Under the pieces are notes generated by a model that did not search any database, was not told the origin of the DNA, and saw only the letters and a list, made by a program, of their open reading frames with translations. 64,000 bases of DNA from Piromyces finnis finn (taxonomy: Eukaryota > Fungi > Neocallimastigomycota). Shown here piece after piece: positions 13,701-25,800 of this stretch. The stretch lies in the NCBI GenBank assembly GCA_002104945.1, contig MCFH01000024.1:310001-374000 (forward strand). The letters run 5' to 3'. The position numbers were made by a program, and so were the translations under genes. How positions within the stretch are numbered: the first letter of the stretch is position 1; each line of letters begins with the position of its first letter.

Positions 13701-15861
13701 TTCTTATTAAAACAATAATAAACTAATAAAATATACCATTTTTTTGATTGTAAATTATAACGAACGGTCATTAGACTTTAGTTATTCATCAATAGTTCCA
13801 GCCAAACTCTTTGTTTCTGTAAAAATTAGCTTTTTATTAAAATATATTAAAATTTAACCATATATTAGTTTAGAATAGGATATATTATATATTGAATTAA
13901 TAAAAGTAAAATTTATTATTTCATAATAAAATTTTCCATTTTAACATTTTTATATTTATTAAAGTTTATATTCGTTTTATACCATTTAATAAAAAAAAAA
14001 GAAAGTTTCATATGAATTAATTAAACCACCTGAAAAAGATGAATTATTATATTATTTTAAATTATCAAATATAAAATAAATATTATTTAATATATTATTT
14101 TATATATTGTATTAATTTAATAAAGTTAATTTTATATTATTATAGTATTATGCAACTATAATAAAATAATTATTTAATAAAAATCAATATCGTTTTAATT
14201 TTCATGATAGCACACATTTTAATATAATATATTTTAATATTAAAAACAACCATATTTTAATATACTAGAATATATTGATAATATATTAATATCATATATT
14301 AAAATTTAATTTAAAATTCATTAAATTAAATCTTTTTTTTTGCTTCAAGATCAATAATAAAATATTCCTTTATTTGTCACATTTTTTGTATGATGGTGCT
14401 GAAAGTGTGCCTTTAATTTTATAAAAAAATATTATAAAATATTATTTATTTATGTAAGAGTAGGAAATGAGTTGATGAATTCTTAACTAAACAAACTACT
14501 AATATAAAGTTGACTAGAATAAAATAATTATTATTAATATTCTATTTTTTATATTTTTATTAACTTTATTTTTTGAAAAAAAAGATAGAAAAAAAAGAAA
14601 TATTATTCAATATATTAAATCTTATAATATATTATAATATATTTATTCTATATTAAATTAATATAATAGAATACAATTCACAATAAAAAATGAATAGTTT
14701 TATAATTATATAATTAATATCAATATATTATTAGTATTGTAATGTATATTACAGTATATTACAATATAATAGTTGAAAGAATATTAACTTAATTTATTAT
14801 ATAATAAAATTTATAATTTTAAAATTTTAATATATAAAATTGTTTTTATATTAAATTTGAAATTAAATAAAATGTATATATAAAGTAAAAGAATGGAAAT
14901 TTTATAAAATAAATGAATGATTAATAATTATATAAATAAATTATTAATAATAAAATAGTAAATAAATGAATAATATAATATATATATAAATAATTCTTAC
15001 TAAAAAATAAATAGAAAAAGGAATAAAATTAAATGAATGATTTAATTAATATAATTTTAAAAATATTAATATATTCAAAGATTAAATTCATAAAAGTCGT
15101 TTTAATTTGAATAATTTTTAATTTAAAAATTATGATATATAAAGGCACAAATTTTTTTTTTTTTTATTTTTAAAATTTAGTTTCTTCATTAAAATTAGGA
15201 TGAAATAGTTTTTTTTTTTTTTTTTTATAAAAATAATAGTACTTTAAATACGAAAAAGGAACTTTGAAGAATAATAAAAAATTGAAAAATATAATCATTA
15301 TTTTTCAGAAATATTATATTTTGTTAGTTAATGTAAATATTATTTAAAATACACAAACAATAAAAGTATTATTTCACTGAAAATAAAGTAATTAATTAAA
15401 AAAAAAAAAGTAAATAAGAAAAATAATTTCTTGTCCCATTTTTCGATTGTACTGGTATGTTTCTGAATAATATAATTAATAATAATAAACAAATTATTAA
15501 TAGTAATATCTTTTATATATATTATATATAATAGGAAATTAGTATTAAAAAATAATTTTTTTATAATATTGAAAAATATATAAATTAATTAGTTCAACTA
15601 ATAAAAATAAGTAAATTATACATTTGTAAATAAGCAATAAATATTATTTTTATAAAAAAAAAAAAAGGTGAGAAAAGAATAAATAATAAAAGGATAAAAA
15701 GAAATAATAAGGAATTAAGAAATATTAATATTGATAAAAAAATTTAGAGAAAATTACAAAAGTTTTTTTATAATAATAAAAAAAAAAGTTTGAAAAGATT
15801 TAATATTCTTTGTTATAAACGGTATAAGTTTTTTTAAAATTAAAAGAAAAAGTAAGAAAAA

Positions 15862-16895
15862 ATGTTTAAAAATTCAATTTCCTTATTCCTTGCTATTTCT
15901 TTAATGGCTAGTTCCATAAAAGTATTTGCAAGAAGCATTGATGGTGAAACAGAAACTGCAAATGGTAAATATAAAATAAAACAAATATAAAATTATAAAA
16001 ACATTAATTAAATTGTAAAAGTACCAATAAATTAATAATATATACATTATTATTTATAGAAAATCAATCATTAATTAAACTTCCAGCTATTGTATGTATT
16101 GTTGGAGTTGTTGCTATAGTCGCTACTGGAGGTTTCTGTTTATTTTCATCAAGAAAGAAGCGCAAGACCCCAAGTGAAAAATATTTAAATACTAAAAATT
16201 CAAATACTTCATTATCAAGTTCCCCAAATACAACTAATAGTGAGCTTCTTCAATTAAACAGAGAAACTGAAGAAGTAGATATAACTGTTAAAGTCGAAAG
16301 TATTAATAATAAACCAGAATCTGAAAAGATTGAAGAAGAAGAAGAGAAAGAAAAAGAACCAAAAAGAAGAAGTATTTTTGATTCAATATTAAATAGAAAT
16401 CCAAAGAAAGAGCATCGTAAATCAAATATTCAATTCATGGAGGATCGTAGTTTAAACAGTATCTCTACTAATGAAGATTGGATTAATGAACAAAAATTAC
16501 AAGCTGATTTAAGACAAGAAAATGATGAATTATATGATGATGATAATGCAGATGTCAATTCCAATGATGGATTCTGGAATTCAGATTTACAACCAATTCA
16601 ATCATCATCTGATAATCAACAAAAATCTTATGCTGTACCAAGTTTAGGAAAAAGAAACTCAGTCATTATTAAAGGATCAGAACAAAAAACTAAGCGTCAA
16701 AGTGTTATCATTGTTAATGATAACGAAGAATTAACTGAAACCGTAGATGAATTAGAAAAATCAGAAAAGTCAGTTGAACTTAAACCAAATAGAGTAAAGT
16801 CATGGAAAAATAATGAAGAACTTGACAAAGAACTAAAAGAATTATTAAAAAATATAGAAGATGAAGAAGAAAATATAAAGAAAACAAATAATTAA
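15862..16895 (+). CDS. Type I single-pass membrane protein, ~312 aa: signal peptide, very short ectodomain, long acidic cytoplasmic tail; 2 exons
   Basis: Exon 15862-15964 (MFKNSISLFLAISLMASSIKVFA-RSIDGETETAN) joins 16060-16895 in frame with the 16437 ORF. TM LPAIVCIVGVVAIVATGGFCLFS is followed by the basic stop-transfer RKKRK. Confidence 0.82.
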
Positions 16896-17849
16896 ATAAA
16901 AAAAAGTAATTATTGAAAATGTAAATCATAATACAAAAAAAAAAAAAAAAAAAAGAAAAAAAGTAAAATAATTCACAAAACTATTATTATTTACATATAT
17001 ATATTATATAAATATTAAAAAGGAAAAAAAATTATTAAATTTAATGATAATTAAAATTCATTATTTTTTTTATATTTTTGACGATGGATTATACCATTAC
17101 TTAACATAATACTTTTTGGATTATAAATTATATTCATCATAATATTATATTTAAAAAAAAATCATAAAATATATTTATAAATTATAAATTATATTATTAT
17201 CACATAATTCTTTTATTTTTAATTTTCAGTCATATTTTACAGGAATAAAATCATTATATATGTAATAATAAATAATAAAATTTTTAACATCATGCATATT
17301 AATTATATTTTATTATTTATATTCAAGCTGGAAAAAAAAAAAAAAAAGAAAAAAAGAAAAAGAATTTAAAATAATATTATCAATACTATGTAACATATCA
17401 TATATATATATATATATTAGTTTTACTTTTATGAATTATAATAAAAAGAATATTTTATCCTATTTAAAACAATTTTATAATAATTTCTAAAAATATATTA
17501 AATTATTCGTTAAAGCAAATATATTATAAAAATAACAAAAAGAAAGAAAGAAAAGAAAAAAAAGTAATATTTTTTATCTTTCAAAAACCATTTAAATAAA
17601 AAAGAGAGAAAAGATAAATTATTAACAAAAAAAAAAAGAATAATAGTGTTTTAAAAGTAAAAAAAAATTTTATTTTTTAAATTTATATTTATTTTTAAGT
17701 TTATTATATTATGTTAATTGCTTTGTTAATTTTATTTTTGTTTTATGTTTTAAATTCTTAATATTTTGTTTTCTTAAATTTTTTATTATACTCACATAGT
17801 TATTAACTATATATAAATATTTGCTATTTATCTATTTATAATTAAAAAT

Positions 17850-20237
17850 TTAATCCCATTCTTCAGGGCATTCTTTTACCAACTCATCATTGAATGATGT
17901 GTATACATCAATTGCATCTTGAACAATTTTTTGTGTTAAAGGTTCATTTCTTTTATCAGATAAACCAATAGCTAGACGAATAACAGCATTTACAGAACGA
18001 CCACTACCTTTAAACTGTCCAAGTTTTGTTAAATCAAATGTTTTAATAACATGTTCTTCAGCATTCTTTTCTCCTCGTTTTTTATTATTTATTATTTCAT
18101 CGGCAAATACTCTGGTTAAAGCATTCTTCCATACCACTTCTTTTCCTGTCTCTTCTAATGGTTTATATTGAATAGCAAGGGTAACTCTACTAAGAGCGGC
18201 TGGATCAAAAGAAGAAGCACGATTACTAGTGATGAAAAGAGTACCATCAAAACTTTCTAGCAATCTTAAAAGAATTGAAGTCATTGAATTCAACATTAAC
18301 TGACCACTTCTTCTTTTTTCAACTAAAGCATCTCCTTCATCTAATAAAATTAAAGAACCCCAATGCGAGGCAAGGAATAAAACATCAGTAAGACGTTCTT
18401 CTAATTCAGTTACATTAGAACCTAATTCAGCAAATGAAACAGAATATAAAGGTCTTCCAAAAAGTCGAGCAAGACTTTCAACAGTTAAGGTCTTTCCTGT
18501 ACCCGGTGAACCATACAATAAAAAGAGTGAACCAATACCACGTGAACTAATAATATCTCTTGCTTTATATCTTGGAGGTTTAGCTAAAAGTTTCATGGCA
18601 TAAGAAGCATCTTCATCATGTTCTAATTCATCATATTGAATTCCACAATTTATACGATTTTCACCACGTAAAGAAGTTGCAACAGTTGCAAAAAGCATTT
18701 CTTTCGTGGCAGCTGGAAGAACTAATTGATTCCAGGCAATGCTAGAAGGAGTCACCGATTCAAGGCCATTAATAATGGCATATCCCCATATTTTTTGAGT
18801 TAAAGAAAAGGCAACCACTGTTGGCCAAAGAGTTAATTTAAGTTCTTCTGGAAGTTTACGATAGACATGCAGGCCACTATTTTTATAACGTTGAAAACGT
18901 TTTTCTTCAGTGTCTTGTTCATTATTATTTGATTTCTTAAGCCTCATATAATCTCTCATGGTAATAAGAATGGCTTCACTAACATTATCCGCATTGGAAA
19001 TTAAATGGTAATTCATACTCATACCTAATTCTGTATCTACTACTAATAAACCATCTGAAGCTAAACTTTTCATAGAACTGGCTCCACCAATTGCTTTTCT
19101 TTGATGAGGAATAAAAGTATTTGGTTTATATTTTCGATAGGCTGGAAAGTCACCCATAGATTTAAAAATTTCATTATATTGCAAAATACAATTAGGAATT
19201 TGACTTTCATCATCTATCACTTGATATTCCAAAGAATTAATTTCTTTATTATTATTCCACTCAGAAATGTAATTATCAAAGTAAACACAAATGTATTCCT
19301 TTCCTATTTTTACAGTAGTTTCCAATACAAGATGAAAGTTATACTTTTTATCACCAAACATAGAACGTTGTTGTTCATAATACGAATCAATAATACGATA
19401 TATTACTGGAGTACCATTTAATGCACTTACTTTATTAGTAATTACTTTTTTATTAATACGGTATAGTTCCTGAAGACCCATATAATTAATTTGACCTTTT
19501 GATTGATTAGAACAGGCCATACGTGATGATTCTATAATAAACTGATACTCCATTTCAATTTCATGAATTAATTCTATGAGACCTTGAAAAGAAACATTTG
19601 ATTTTTGGTCAGATATAATATTAAATCCCATTCGATTCATCAAATCCGAAAACTTATGAACACGATCAGCAATAAATGGATCCTGTTCTATTTCTTCTTT
19701 ACTTGTTTTGTTAAAATATTCACCCTCTTCAACAAGATTACGAAAACGTTCTAAATAACTAAAAAGACTTCTTAAAGATATTTCATTATCGGAATTACTA
19801 ACACCACAGAAATATCCTGCAATAGAATATACAGGAATACTTTCTGATTTTATTTTTTTATATCCAGATCTTTTTTGAAGAAACGATTTATTAAAAACAA
19901 AAGATTCAACTTTATTAGTTAACGGATTTACTCTTTTAAAAAAATATGGAATATCCCCTTCACATGGAATTAAATATTCATTATCTTTTCCATTATTCGA
20001 AGAAAGTGATTGTGGTGGTGATGAAGAAGGAGTAAAAGAAGATACTGACTTTTTAAGAGACGTTGTAGGAGTATTAGGTTGGAGTTGTTTACCCATCCAC
20101 TTTTTTTGGAAAGCTGGATGTAATAAATATCCGGCTTGAACTTCTCTTATTTCTTTTATATTAATTCCAGTTTCCCTTAAATACTTTAAAGTAAATTGAT
20201 TTTCTTCATTATCAATATCTGGTGCAATATAATTCAA
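17850..20237 (-). CDS. AAA+ ATPase, C-terminal part of an interrupted reading frame
   Basis: Walker A GSPGTGKT, Walker B LILLDEGD, sensor-1 TSNR, arginine-finger region LSRV, and upstream WNQLVLP. This is the pattern of the AAA family expanded in filamentous fungi. No introns. The listed start is a TTG and the frame is open a further 54 codons upstream. Confidence 0.88.
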   Translation of the reverse strand: MNYIAPDIDNEENQFTLKYLRETGINIKEIREVQAGYLLHPAFQKKWMGKQLQPNTPTTSLKKSVSSFTPSSSPPQSLSSNNGKDNEYLIPCEGDIPYFFKRVNPLTNKVESFVFNKSFLQKRSGYKKIKSESIPVYSIAGYFCGVSNSDNEISLRSLFSYLERFRNLVEEGEYFNKTSKEEIEQDPFIADRVHKFSDLMNRMGFNIISDQKSNVSFQGLIELIHEIEMEYQFIIESSRMACSNQSKGQINYMGLQELYRINKKVITNKVSALNGTPVIYRIIDSYYEQQRSMFGDKKYNFHLVLETTVKIGKEYICVYFDNYISEWNNNKEINSLEYQVIDDESQIPNCILQYNEIFKSMGDFPAYRKYKPNTFIPHQRKAIGGASSMKSLASDGLLVVDTELGMSMNYHLISNADNVSEAILITMRDYMRLKKSNNNEQDTEEKRFQRYKNSGLHVYRKLPEELKLTLWPTVVAFSLTQKIWGYAIINGLESVTPSSIAWNQLVLPAATKEMLFATVATSLRGENRINCGIQYDELEHDEDASYAMKLLAKPPRYKARDIISSRGIGSLFLLYGSPGTGKTLTVESLARLFGRPLYSVSFAELGSNVTELEERLTDVLFLASHWGSLILLDEGDALVEKRRSGQLMLNSMTSILLRLLESFDGTLFITSNRASSFDPAALSRVTLAIQYKPLEETGKEVVWKNALTRVFADEIINNKKRGEKNAEEHVIKTFDLTKLGQFKGSGRSVNAVIRLAIGLSDKRNEPLTQKIVQDAIDVYTSFNDELVKECPEEWD

Positions 20238-20399
20238 TTCATGATACTTTGAAACCTTGATAATATTCTCAACTATATTTTTTTTAAATATGTCTTTTAG
20301 AAATACTTCTGGGGAACTAGTAATAATTATTACAGTATAAGCTTCCTTTGTAAAATTAGATCGGAATGGTTTTAAATCAATAGACTTTAATGGTGTTGA

Positions 20400-21113
20400 T
20401 TATTTATCAGCATCTTCCTCTTCATTAATCCTATGATGAATATTAATAAAATCATTATGTTTCCAATTTGGAATAATGCATGATACCCATGGTGATAATG
20501 GAATAACCTCTGGAATTAAACTTTTACATGCTTCTAACAACTCTTCACCATTTTTATCTGTATCTAAAGGTTCAACAAATAATTCAATTTCTACAGTTGA
20601 TTTTGAAGGTTTCATTTTATCTCCTAATTTTTGAGTATGCATATTAATGATGGATTCTACATTAAAGACATTACCATACTTTGGAATAACAGTCATTGTT
20701 CTCAAAGAATCAATTAAAGATATTTTAAAAGTTTGAGATGAGATATATGGATTAATAATTATTCCTCTAATGTACTCATTAATATATTTCAAAAACATAT
20801 CACTAATAATAGTAGATTCTTCTTGAGTAAGTTGATTAAGCCATGAATCTAAACCCATGTAACATTCTAAGAAATGAAGAACTCTTGGTTTAGTATAGTT
20901 TATAGCCTCTTCCTCCTCACTTACAAGCTTTTTAGTTTTAACGGTACTAAAACCAAAAATTGGACAGCCTGTTCTTGGATTATCTAGTGAAACCATTTTT
21001 TCAGTAGCAGCCTTTAATGCATTAATTACCACTTTTTCTTCATCATCATTACGGATAATACATTCAAAAATTAAAAGAGTAGGTTTTCTAAATTCTTCAT
21101 CATGATTGTCCAT
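20400..21113 (-). CDS. 237-aa ORF, in frame with the AAA ORF and separated from it by one TAA; probable N-terminal domain of the same gene
   Basis: ATG at 21113 after an A-rich leader. TAA at 20402-20400, then 54 sense codons (STPLKSIDLKPFRSNFTKEAYTVIII...) run in frame into 20237. Confidence 0.7.
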   Translation of the reverse strand: MDNHDEEFRKPTLLIFECIIRNDDEEKVVINALKAATEKMVSLDNPRTGCPIFGFSTVKTKKLVSEEEEAINYTKPRVLHFLECYMGLDSWLNQLTQEESTIISDMFLKYINEYIRGIIINPYISSQTFKISLIDSLRTMTVIPKYGNVFNVESIINMHTQKLGDKMKPSKSTVEIELFVEPLDTDKNGEELLEACKSLIPEVIPLSPWVSCIIPNWKHNDFINIHHRINEEEDADK

Positions 21114-22879
21114 TTTATTATTATTTTTTTTTAATAAAAGAAATTAGAATACTATTGCTTTATATATCCAAGGAATAATAATCAAAATATTTGTTTTATA
21201 TATTAAACTAAGACACAAAATTAAATTTATTTTTAAAGAATTTAAAAATTAATTAAATTCGAAAAAATATAATAAAATTTCCTTTTTTGGAAAAATTTCT
21301 ATATTATTTCAATAAAAGGGAAAATATAACAAATAAAAAAGGTACTTTCATAAAAATAAAATAGTACTAACTCAGACAAAAAATTTATATAAAAGGATTT
21401 AAATCTCATTTTAAATATATAGCTTTAAATTGAATATATAATGTAACTTAAATAGCATTAATTTATTAATTTTAGTTATTATTAATAATTCTTTTTTAAC
21501 AACCTAGACTATTAGAATTATCATTAACTAAATTATTCAAACTAGGATAATTATTCAAATTTAAAGTGTTATAATTATCATCTTCATTAATACTAACATT
21601 TATAACATTCAAACTATTATTGATGCTATTAGCATTAATATCTTTAATATTATTACACATCCATTACTATTGTTTTTGCTATAATTATTATTATTCAATT
21701 AATAGGACTATTTAAATATCTTTTATACTAAGATAATTAAAATTTGGACTAGATAATTATAATGCTTATTATGGATATTACTAAATACGGATCATTCAGA
21801 TGGAATACTTTAAATTACTATTTTTTCAAAATGAGCAAGTCTTTTTTTTTTTTTTTTTTGCAACTTTATCATTCAATTTATACCCACTATTTATTTTTAA
21901 TAGCCAAAAGAAATCATATGAATACTCTGGGTGCTAATAATTTAATGAAATATTTAGTTTTTATAATTCTATTTATCATCACACAATATATAACCATCTT
22001 TTAAATATAATAGGGTTTTTATCTACAGTTTAATTCTTTAGTTTTTAAAATAAAATGTAATTACAATAAATACTTTTCTAGAAATATTTATTACTATAAA
22101 ATATGGAATTAAATTAAACTTAAAAAATATCAATAATGAATTGCCAAATGTTTATTATCAATATAATGCCTTTTTTTCTTAATCTTACAATGTTAATACA
22201 TTAATTATCTTCATTAAATTATAATAAATATATGATAATTAAAAGAAAATACTACTAATGATATAATTAAGATTAAAAATGTTTAAAATTAATGGGTGAG
22301 TTTTCTTTATGTTTTTTTTTTTTTTCAATCTTTTCAATAATACAACATTATTAGTTATTTAAGTTTCAAATTCTTGTTAAACCATCCATCTTAATTTAAT
22401 TATTTAATTATATAAATATTATTTAATTACCCAATTTAATTTTATACAGAAATTGAGAAGTAAAAATATTTTTTCTTTTTATTATATAATAAGATTATCA
22501 TTTTAATATAGCAATTAAAATTAAGCTTTATAATAAAATAAAATCATTTGGCATTATAATATAAATTAAAAGAGAATTGGTAGTAATGCTTGAGAACATT
22601 TAAATATAATAGCTTATATTTTAAAGTTTAGATTATGTATTTCTAATTGTGACAAATTAATCTGTAATACTTAATGAAATGTATCCATTTTTTTTTAAAA
22701 TGTATAAGAAAAAAATCTTTAAAAAAAATTTTTTTTTTTTTTGAATTGTTTTGTATTTTGTTTTTATTAATATTAAATTATTTTTTGTTTTATTTTTGAT
22801 ATAGATTTTTTTACGTAGTAAAATTAAAATTATTATAATAATAAAATAAAAATACTATAAAGAATATATAAATTTAAAA

Positions 22880-25800
22880 ATGATATTTGTAAATAAAAAA
22901 CAGTTTTTATTATTAATACTAGTTTTTTTTTTAGAACTGGTATTAATTAAAGGAAAAGGATTTTTTGAAAAAAATAGTAGTGCTGTAACAGGAAAAGCCT
23001 TTATACAAAAAAATGGTAAAGAAAACTTATGTGGAAAAGATATAAATAAAAAATCAAAAATTCCATGTTTCATTAGTAAAGATAAATTACTTGATGAAAA
23101 AATTGATGAATGCAAAAAACAACTTATTATTTCTAATGATAAAGATAAAAATAAGGTAGTATGTGAAGTTGTTGATGCTTGTGATGAATGTGGTCCAAAT
23201 GATATTGGTATTTCACCATCAATAATGAAAAAATTAGATCCAAAAAATAAATATAAATCAGGTGAAATGAATATTTCTTGGTCTTTTATAGATCCTCCAG
23301 TTCATGATAAAAAGGAAGATAAAAAAAATGAATATGTTGTCAGAGTTAAAAGAGGTGTCATTGGTAGTAGATATGAAGATGACAATGAAGCTGATGACTC
23401 ATCTGTTGATGAAGATCAATCTGATATAGCTGATAGTAATGATGCTATAGAAGATGTTCAATCTGGTAATAATGATGAATTAACAGTAGATGAAGAAGTT
23501 GTTATTGCAAGTGAAAATGAACAAGAACAAGATTCTGATCAATTAAATGAAGCTCCAATTGAAACACCAGATGATACTTTAAATGAATCAGTTAGTAGTA
23601 ATGATGGTAATGATGAAAATAATAGCGAAAATGAAGACAACATTATTATAGATGTTGCTGATTGTAATATTAGTGGTACCTGTGAAAATAACGAAGATAT
23701 TGTCTCTTCAGATGACAACTCAAGTGAATCATTAACTGATACAAACGATAATAATATCAATGACAATGATGTAAATAGTGATCAAGAAGAAAATAATATT
23801 AATGAAAATGAAAATTCAGATGATAATGATACACCAGTTGATGATGTTGTTGATAATGCTCCAGTTGATGATGTTGTTGATAATGCTCCAGTTGATGACG
23901 CTGTTGATAATGCTCCAGTTGATGACGTTGTTGATAATACTCCAGTTGATGATGTTGTTGATAATGAAGATGAAAATTCTGGAGATAATGATTCCATTAT
24001 CGTTACTGAAGATTGCAGTGATCAAGAAGGAGATATAGATAATGAAAATGCTGAAGACAATGAAAATGTTGGAGATAATGAAAATGCTGAAGATAGTAAT
24101 TGCTCTGACGATGACACACCAGTTGATGACACACCAGTTGATGACGTTATTAATGAAAATGAAAATTCTGAAGACAATGAAAATGTTGGAGATAATGAAA
24201 ATGCTGAAGATAGTAATTGCTCTGACGATGACACACCAGTTGATGACACACCAGTTGATGACACACCAGTTGATGACACACCAGTTGATGACACTCCAGT
24301 TGATGACACTCCAGTTGATGACACTCCAGTTGATGACACTCCAGTTGATGACACTCCAGTTGATGACACTCCAGTTGATGACACTCCAGTTGATGACACT
24401 CCAGTTGATGACACTCCAGTTGATGACACTCCAGTTGATGACACTCCAGTTGATGACACACCAGTTGATGACACTCCAGTTGATGACACACCAGTTGATG
24501 ACACACCAGTTGATGACACACCAGTTGATGACGTTATTAATGAAAATGAAAATTCTGAAGATAACGAAAATGGTATTGACGAAGAAGAAAATGCTATTGC
24601 CAACGATGGAAACAATGATGATATTAATAGTGGTGATGAACAAAATCCAAACGATTATACTCCACCAGATGTTTCAGAATTATCAAATGATGAAGGTTTT
24701 AATGTTCCACAAGATGATCAACCAATGCAAGAACCAGAAATTTTAGATGATTCTAATAATGATTTCTTACCACAACCAGAAGATGAAAAGAAACATAGTA
24801 ATACAATTCATGAAGCTTACAGTAATCCAAAAGATAATTATGAACGTGATGAATATAATGATCATCCAAATGAAGTTAGTAATGATGAGACTGATGAAGA
24901 AGATAAACAACAAGAAGAAGTAATTAATATGAAAAATAATAACGAAGAAAGCAACAATAATAGTGATGAAGAAGAAGAAAACCCAATTATTGTTAATGAT
25001 GAAGACAGTAATGATGATAATGATACTTCCTCACAAGAACCTTCCAACCCAATTGACACAACTAATTCTCAAGGTACAACTAATGAAAATGAATTACAAT
25101 ACATAGTAAACGATGATGTTCCAGAAGGATATGATGAAGTAGAAGAATGTGAAGAAGGTGATCCAGACTGTTACTGTGTTTACATATACAGTGATTTAGA
25201 TATTAAGGTTGATGATGAATGTGGTGACATTGTTAAAATACCTGTAATTCCAAATAATGATATACCTAATAATATTTGTGAAGAATCCGATGATGAATGT
25301 TATGAATATGCCGAACAAATTGAACAAGATGTTAATAAATCACCAGAAGAAAAACAAGAAAATGAAAATACACCAGTTAATTCTGAGGATGAAGAAGTTC
25401 CAAATGATTCTAATCCTGCAGATTCAACATCAGATAATAATGATGAAAACGTATCAAATAATAATGATATTATCAATAACAATAGCGATGATGAAGTAAA
25501 CGATAATGAAAGTGATGCTAACGAAAACAACAATGATATTGTTGATGGAGATAAAATTAATGAAAATGATGGAAACGACGAAATAAACAATAATGAAGAT
25601 GACTATATGAATAATATTGTTGAAGAAGATAGTTCTAATGAAAATTATATTGATGATGCTGGTTCTGTTATAACACCAGTTGCTGATTCAAATGATGACA
25701 TTGAAGAGATGGAACCAGTAAATGATGATATTCCAAATGAATCAGGAGACGAAGTACCAGTAGATGATGAATCAAACAATGACAATATTAATGATGAAAC

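Noticed and set aside
21762-22004. 80-aa ORF; similar short F/I/Y/K-rich ORFs at 4166, 35687, 43714, 47363, 47716 and 51441
   Set aside because: Composition simply mirrors AT-rich intergenic DNA and homopolymers. No motifs or supporting splice structure.
24227-24526. Regular repeat array resembling a CRISPR
   Set aside because: Head-to-tail units without spacers, in frame inside a eukaryotic CDS.
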